NCBI GenBank assembly: GCA_977020255.1
Contig: CDROCS010002469.1
Coordinates: forward strand, 248,001 to 312,000
Length of the DNA: 64,000 nucleotides
DNA from: Obrimoposthia wandeli
Lineage: Eukaryota
Direction: 5' to 3'
Made by a program: the position numbers and the translations under genes. The stretch's first letter is position 1, and each line of letters starts with the position of its first letter. Below are positions 61,724 through 64,000 of the stretch, one piece after another. The notes below the pieces were generated by a model, which saw nothing but the letters and a program-made list of their open reading frames with translations, did not search any database and was not told where the DNA came from.

Positions 61724-61888
61724 ATCATGTCAGCTTTGTCTTTTACTACCCTGCAAATCGTTCTCTACTTCTATAAAGCCTTTAAACCTTACTTACAACG
61801 CCTAATCAATTATAGCCTTCCCTCTATTCTTTTAAATTAACAACTCAAAATACTGAAATGCACTTATTTTCTTTATGCTAATAATTAC

Positions 61889-61907
61889 AATAATAGGAAT
61901 AGTTATT
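61889..61907. promoter_or_regulatory. Putative Fur box
   Basis: AATAATAGGAATAGTTATT matches 13/19 of GATAATGATAATCATTATC; a second Fur-like stretch at 61934-61952. Confidence 0.55.
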
Positions 61908-62012
61908 GTTTGCAATATCAATTGCATTCGTATAAATTGCGTATCATCTATTTCTCATTCGCCAACAGATTATTACAAATCACTTTTAAAATTCTAAACA
62001 AAGGCCTCTATC

Positions 62013-63422
62013 GTGAAACTTAATACCCTTTTTACTGCTATAACGGTTGTGACTGTCACTTCTATTTTCGCCCAAGCTAACGCAGCGCCAACTTATACTG
62101 ATTTCCCGGTTACTGTAAAAGATTACCAAGGTGATAAAACAACATCTGTTGCGTATTCTGGGCAGATAGCACGCCAAGTTTTACATAGCTCTTTAAAAAA
62201 ATTAGCAGGCAAAGGCAACGGAGAAGCAAACCCTGAACTGCTTGCCCAAATGCAATCTTACTTTTCTGGTAAGGAAAAGGGCCGCGCAATCATCGCACCT
62301 ATTAGCAAAGAAGGATTTAGTGTTGCTGAATCTTCAATTGATGATCTATCTAAAGGTAAAAATTTAGCAGGCAAGGCATATAAAGGCATCGTTAACGGCT
62401 GGCCTGGCAATATGACAGCCGCTGAAGTACTTAGCTTTATGATAGAAAAAGCCTCATCTGCAAACGCAGGTTACGATTTAGTTAACGGTATGGATTACCC
62501 ACAACTAATCTCTAAATTCGCGATGGGCGCTGTTTTTTACAATCAGGCTGTCGATAATTACTTAGATGAAAAGCTCGCAGCTGATGTTAAGCCTAACAAT
62601 AAGCCTTACAAAAAAGGTGCACCTTACACAGGTAAAGAGCACGTTTGGGATGAAGCATTTGGCTACTTCGGCGCACCTGCAAACGCATTAAACTTAAACG
62701 CTAAGACAAACTACGCTATCGCTAAAGGTAAAAAAGATGCTTTCAGCGCAGGAGATTTCAACAAAAATGGTAAAATAGATCTTGCCAGTGAAATGCTATA
62801 TGCACATGCTTATTATGCAGCTAGCTCTGATAAAAGTGGAAAATCAAACTATTTACATACCATTACCAAAGCATTTATTGATGGACGTCAAATAATCACC
62901 GACGCTAAAGGCGAGAGTCTTTCAGAGCAACAACGCAGTGCTTTGATGGCACAAGCAGCTTTAATCAAGAAAAACTGGGAATTGGTTATTGCTGAAGCAG
63001 CATTTAAATATGCTGGTTCAGTTTATAAATACGCTTTAAAAGTTCAAACAGCGGTTGATAACAACGAAAGTTCTGAGAAAGATTATAAATCCTACATCCA
63101 TGCTTGGTCAGAACTAAAAGGGTTTTCAATGTCTCTACAAACCGGTGGTAAAGATCTTGGCGGTTTAGCAGTCAATATGAACCGCTTAGTTGGCTACAGC
63201 CCTGTTTTACTGGGCAACACGCAAGTCACTGGCATTGATGACAAAGGTAACTTCAAACAGGCAAGCTCTGTAACAGTAGCTGAATATGCTTTGCAAATGC
63301 TAAAATTGCAAAAACTACTATCTGAGAATTATGACTTGCAAGTACGTAAACAAGATCAATTAGCAAAACTTGCTGAACTTGCAGAAAAACTGGGTTCAGG
63401 TAAAAACACAGAAAACGACTAA
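62013..63422 (+). CDS. DUF4856-like secreted protein
   Basis: Signal peptide; YSGQIAR, QLISKFAMGAVFYNQAVDNYL, EHVWDEAFGYFG, HAWSELKGF. Confidence 0.75.
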   Translation: MKLNTLFTAITVVTVTSIFAQANAAPTYTDFPVTVKDYQGDKTTSVAYSGQIARQVLHSSLKKLAGKGNGEANPELLAQMQSYFSGKEKGRAIIAPISKEGFSVAESSIDDLSKGKNLAGKAYKGIVNGWPGNMTAAEVLSFMIEKASSANAGYDLVNGMDYPQLISKFAMGAVFYNQAVDNYLDEKLAADVKPNNKPYKKGAPYTGKEHVWDEAFGYFGAPANALNLNAKTNYAIAKGKKDAFSAGDFNKNGKIDLASEMLYAHAYYAASSDKSGKSNYLHTITKAFIDGRQIITDAKGESLSEQQRSALMAQAALIKKNWELVIAEAAFKYAGSVYKYALKVQTAVDNNESSEKDYKSYIHAWSELKGFSMSLQTGGKDLGGLAVNMNRLVGYSPVLLGNTQVTGIDDKGNFKQASSVTVAEYALQMLKLQKLLSENYDLQVRKQDQLAKLAELAEKLGSGKNTEND

Positions 63423-63463
63423 TCAATTATTTGAAGTTTCTCAATCAACTTCTAATATGGCAC

Positions 63464-63497
63464 AAGGGGATTTAGCTTATAAGCTAAATCCCCTTTT
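63464..63497 (+). terminator. Strong hairpin/terminator after the DUF4856 gene
   Basis: AAGGGGATTTAGCTT-AT-AAGCTAAATCCCCTT perfect stem followed by TT. Confidence 0.8.
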
Positions 63498-63564
63498 ATC
63501 TTTAGTTAGTAAACCACGCCGCATTAAATATCAACAATGACAAATTAATACAAAGAGCACGGTT

Positions 63565-64000
63565 TTGACAGTAAACGCTTTTTTCAATGAGTACTGGCTT
63601 GATATAAGCCAAATGTTTAGCAATTCCCAGCAGCGGCTATTCATCGGCTATATCTTGGTTGCATTTGTTATTGCTTTCATCTATTTAGCAAAAAACAATA
63701 CTCAACATGCCACCTTTAGCCAGCTACTAGGAAAAGCTTGCGGTTTAAAACATTGCTTGGAAAGGTCCGCTTTAGCTGATTACAAAGTCATTCTCATCAA
63801 CAAAGCTATATTCATTTTCTGCCTACCGCTACTGATTACCAAACTTGCTATCGCTACTGCTATTTTCGAATTGATGCATGTGATTTTTCAACAGCGCTCA
63901 AGCTTTGAAAACATCTTACCTGATAGCTTTATTATTGCTGCATTCACACTCTTTGTTTTTCTTCTTGATGATTTCGCACGATTCTTATTTCACAAGCTTA
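63565..64000 (+). CDS. Sterol desaturase/fatty acid hydroxylase family protein (runs off the window)
   Basis: Open frame from TTG 63565 to the end: NSQQRLFIGYI, SALADY, LLDDFARFLFHKL leading into the first His box. Confidence 0.75.
   Translation, partial: MTVNAFFNEYWLDISQMFSNSQQRLFIGYILVAFVIAFIYLAKNNTQHATFSQLLGKACGLKHCLERSALADYKVILINKAIFIFCLPLLITKLAIATAIFELMHVIFQQRSSFENILPDSFIIAAFTLFVFLLDDFARFLFHKL

Overview
Chromosomal window of an AT-rich, probably marine gammaproteobacterium. The gene orders gap-mfd, queC-tRNA-Lys-nadA, ampG-yajQ-panE-adenosyltransferase and zapG-nif3-degS suggest an Oceanospirillales/Pseudomonadales-like lineage (inference). Most of it is housekeeping: aminotransferase, nadA, queC, gap, mfd, pqiAABC, rlmD, rluA, groESL, fxsA, ampG, yajQ, panE and degS. 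Accessory segment 1 (24.0-35.4 kb) is a compact cyclic-nucleotide signalling cluster: an MBL-fold cNMP phosphodiesterase fused to GAF-HD-GYP, a class III adenylate cyclase with an N-terminal catalytic domain, a CHASE2-PAS-degenerate GGDEF-EAL protein, and a secreted FecR-domain protein with about 30 Gly/Asn/Ser nonapeptide repeats. IS91 and IS5 debris borders it. Accessory segment 2 (40.2-45.2 kb) holds an EamA-like transporter, a multi-TM pentapeptide-repeat protein and a 144-bp tandem array of hairpin elements. Two diverged copies of a structured non-coding element (28.6 and 40.3 kb) resemble IS110-family left ends (bridge-RNA region) but have no recombinase. At least three families of intergenic palindromic repeats occur. 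The right end carries a sigma54-controlled glycerol-type ABC operon and a probable Fur-regulated DUF4856/sterol-desaturase locus. All family assignments come from motif recognition by eye; no searches were run.
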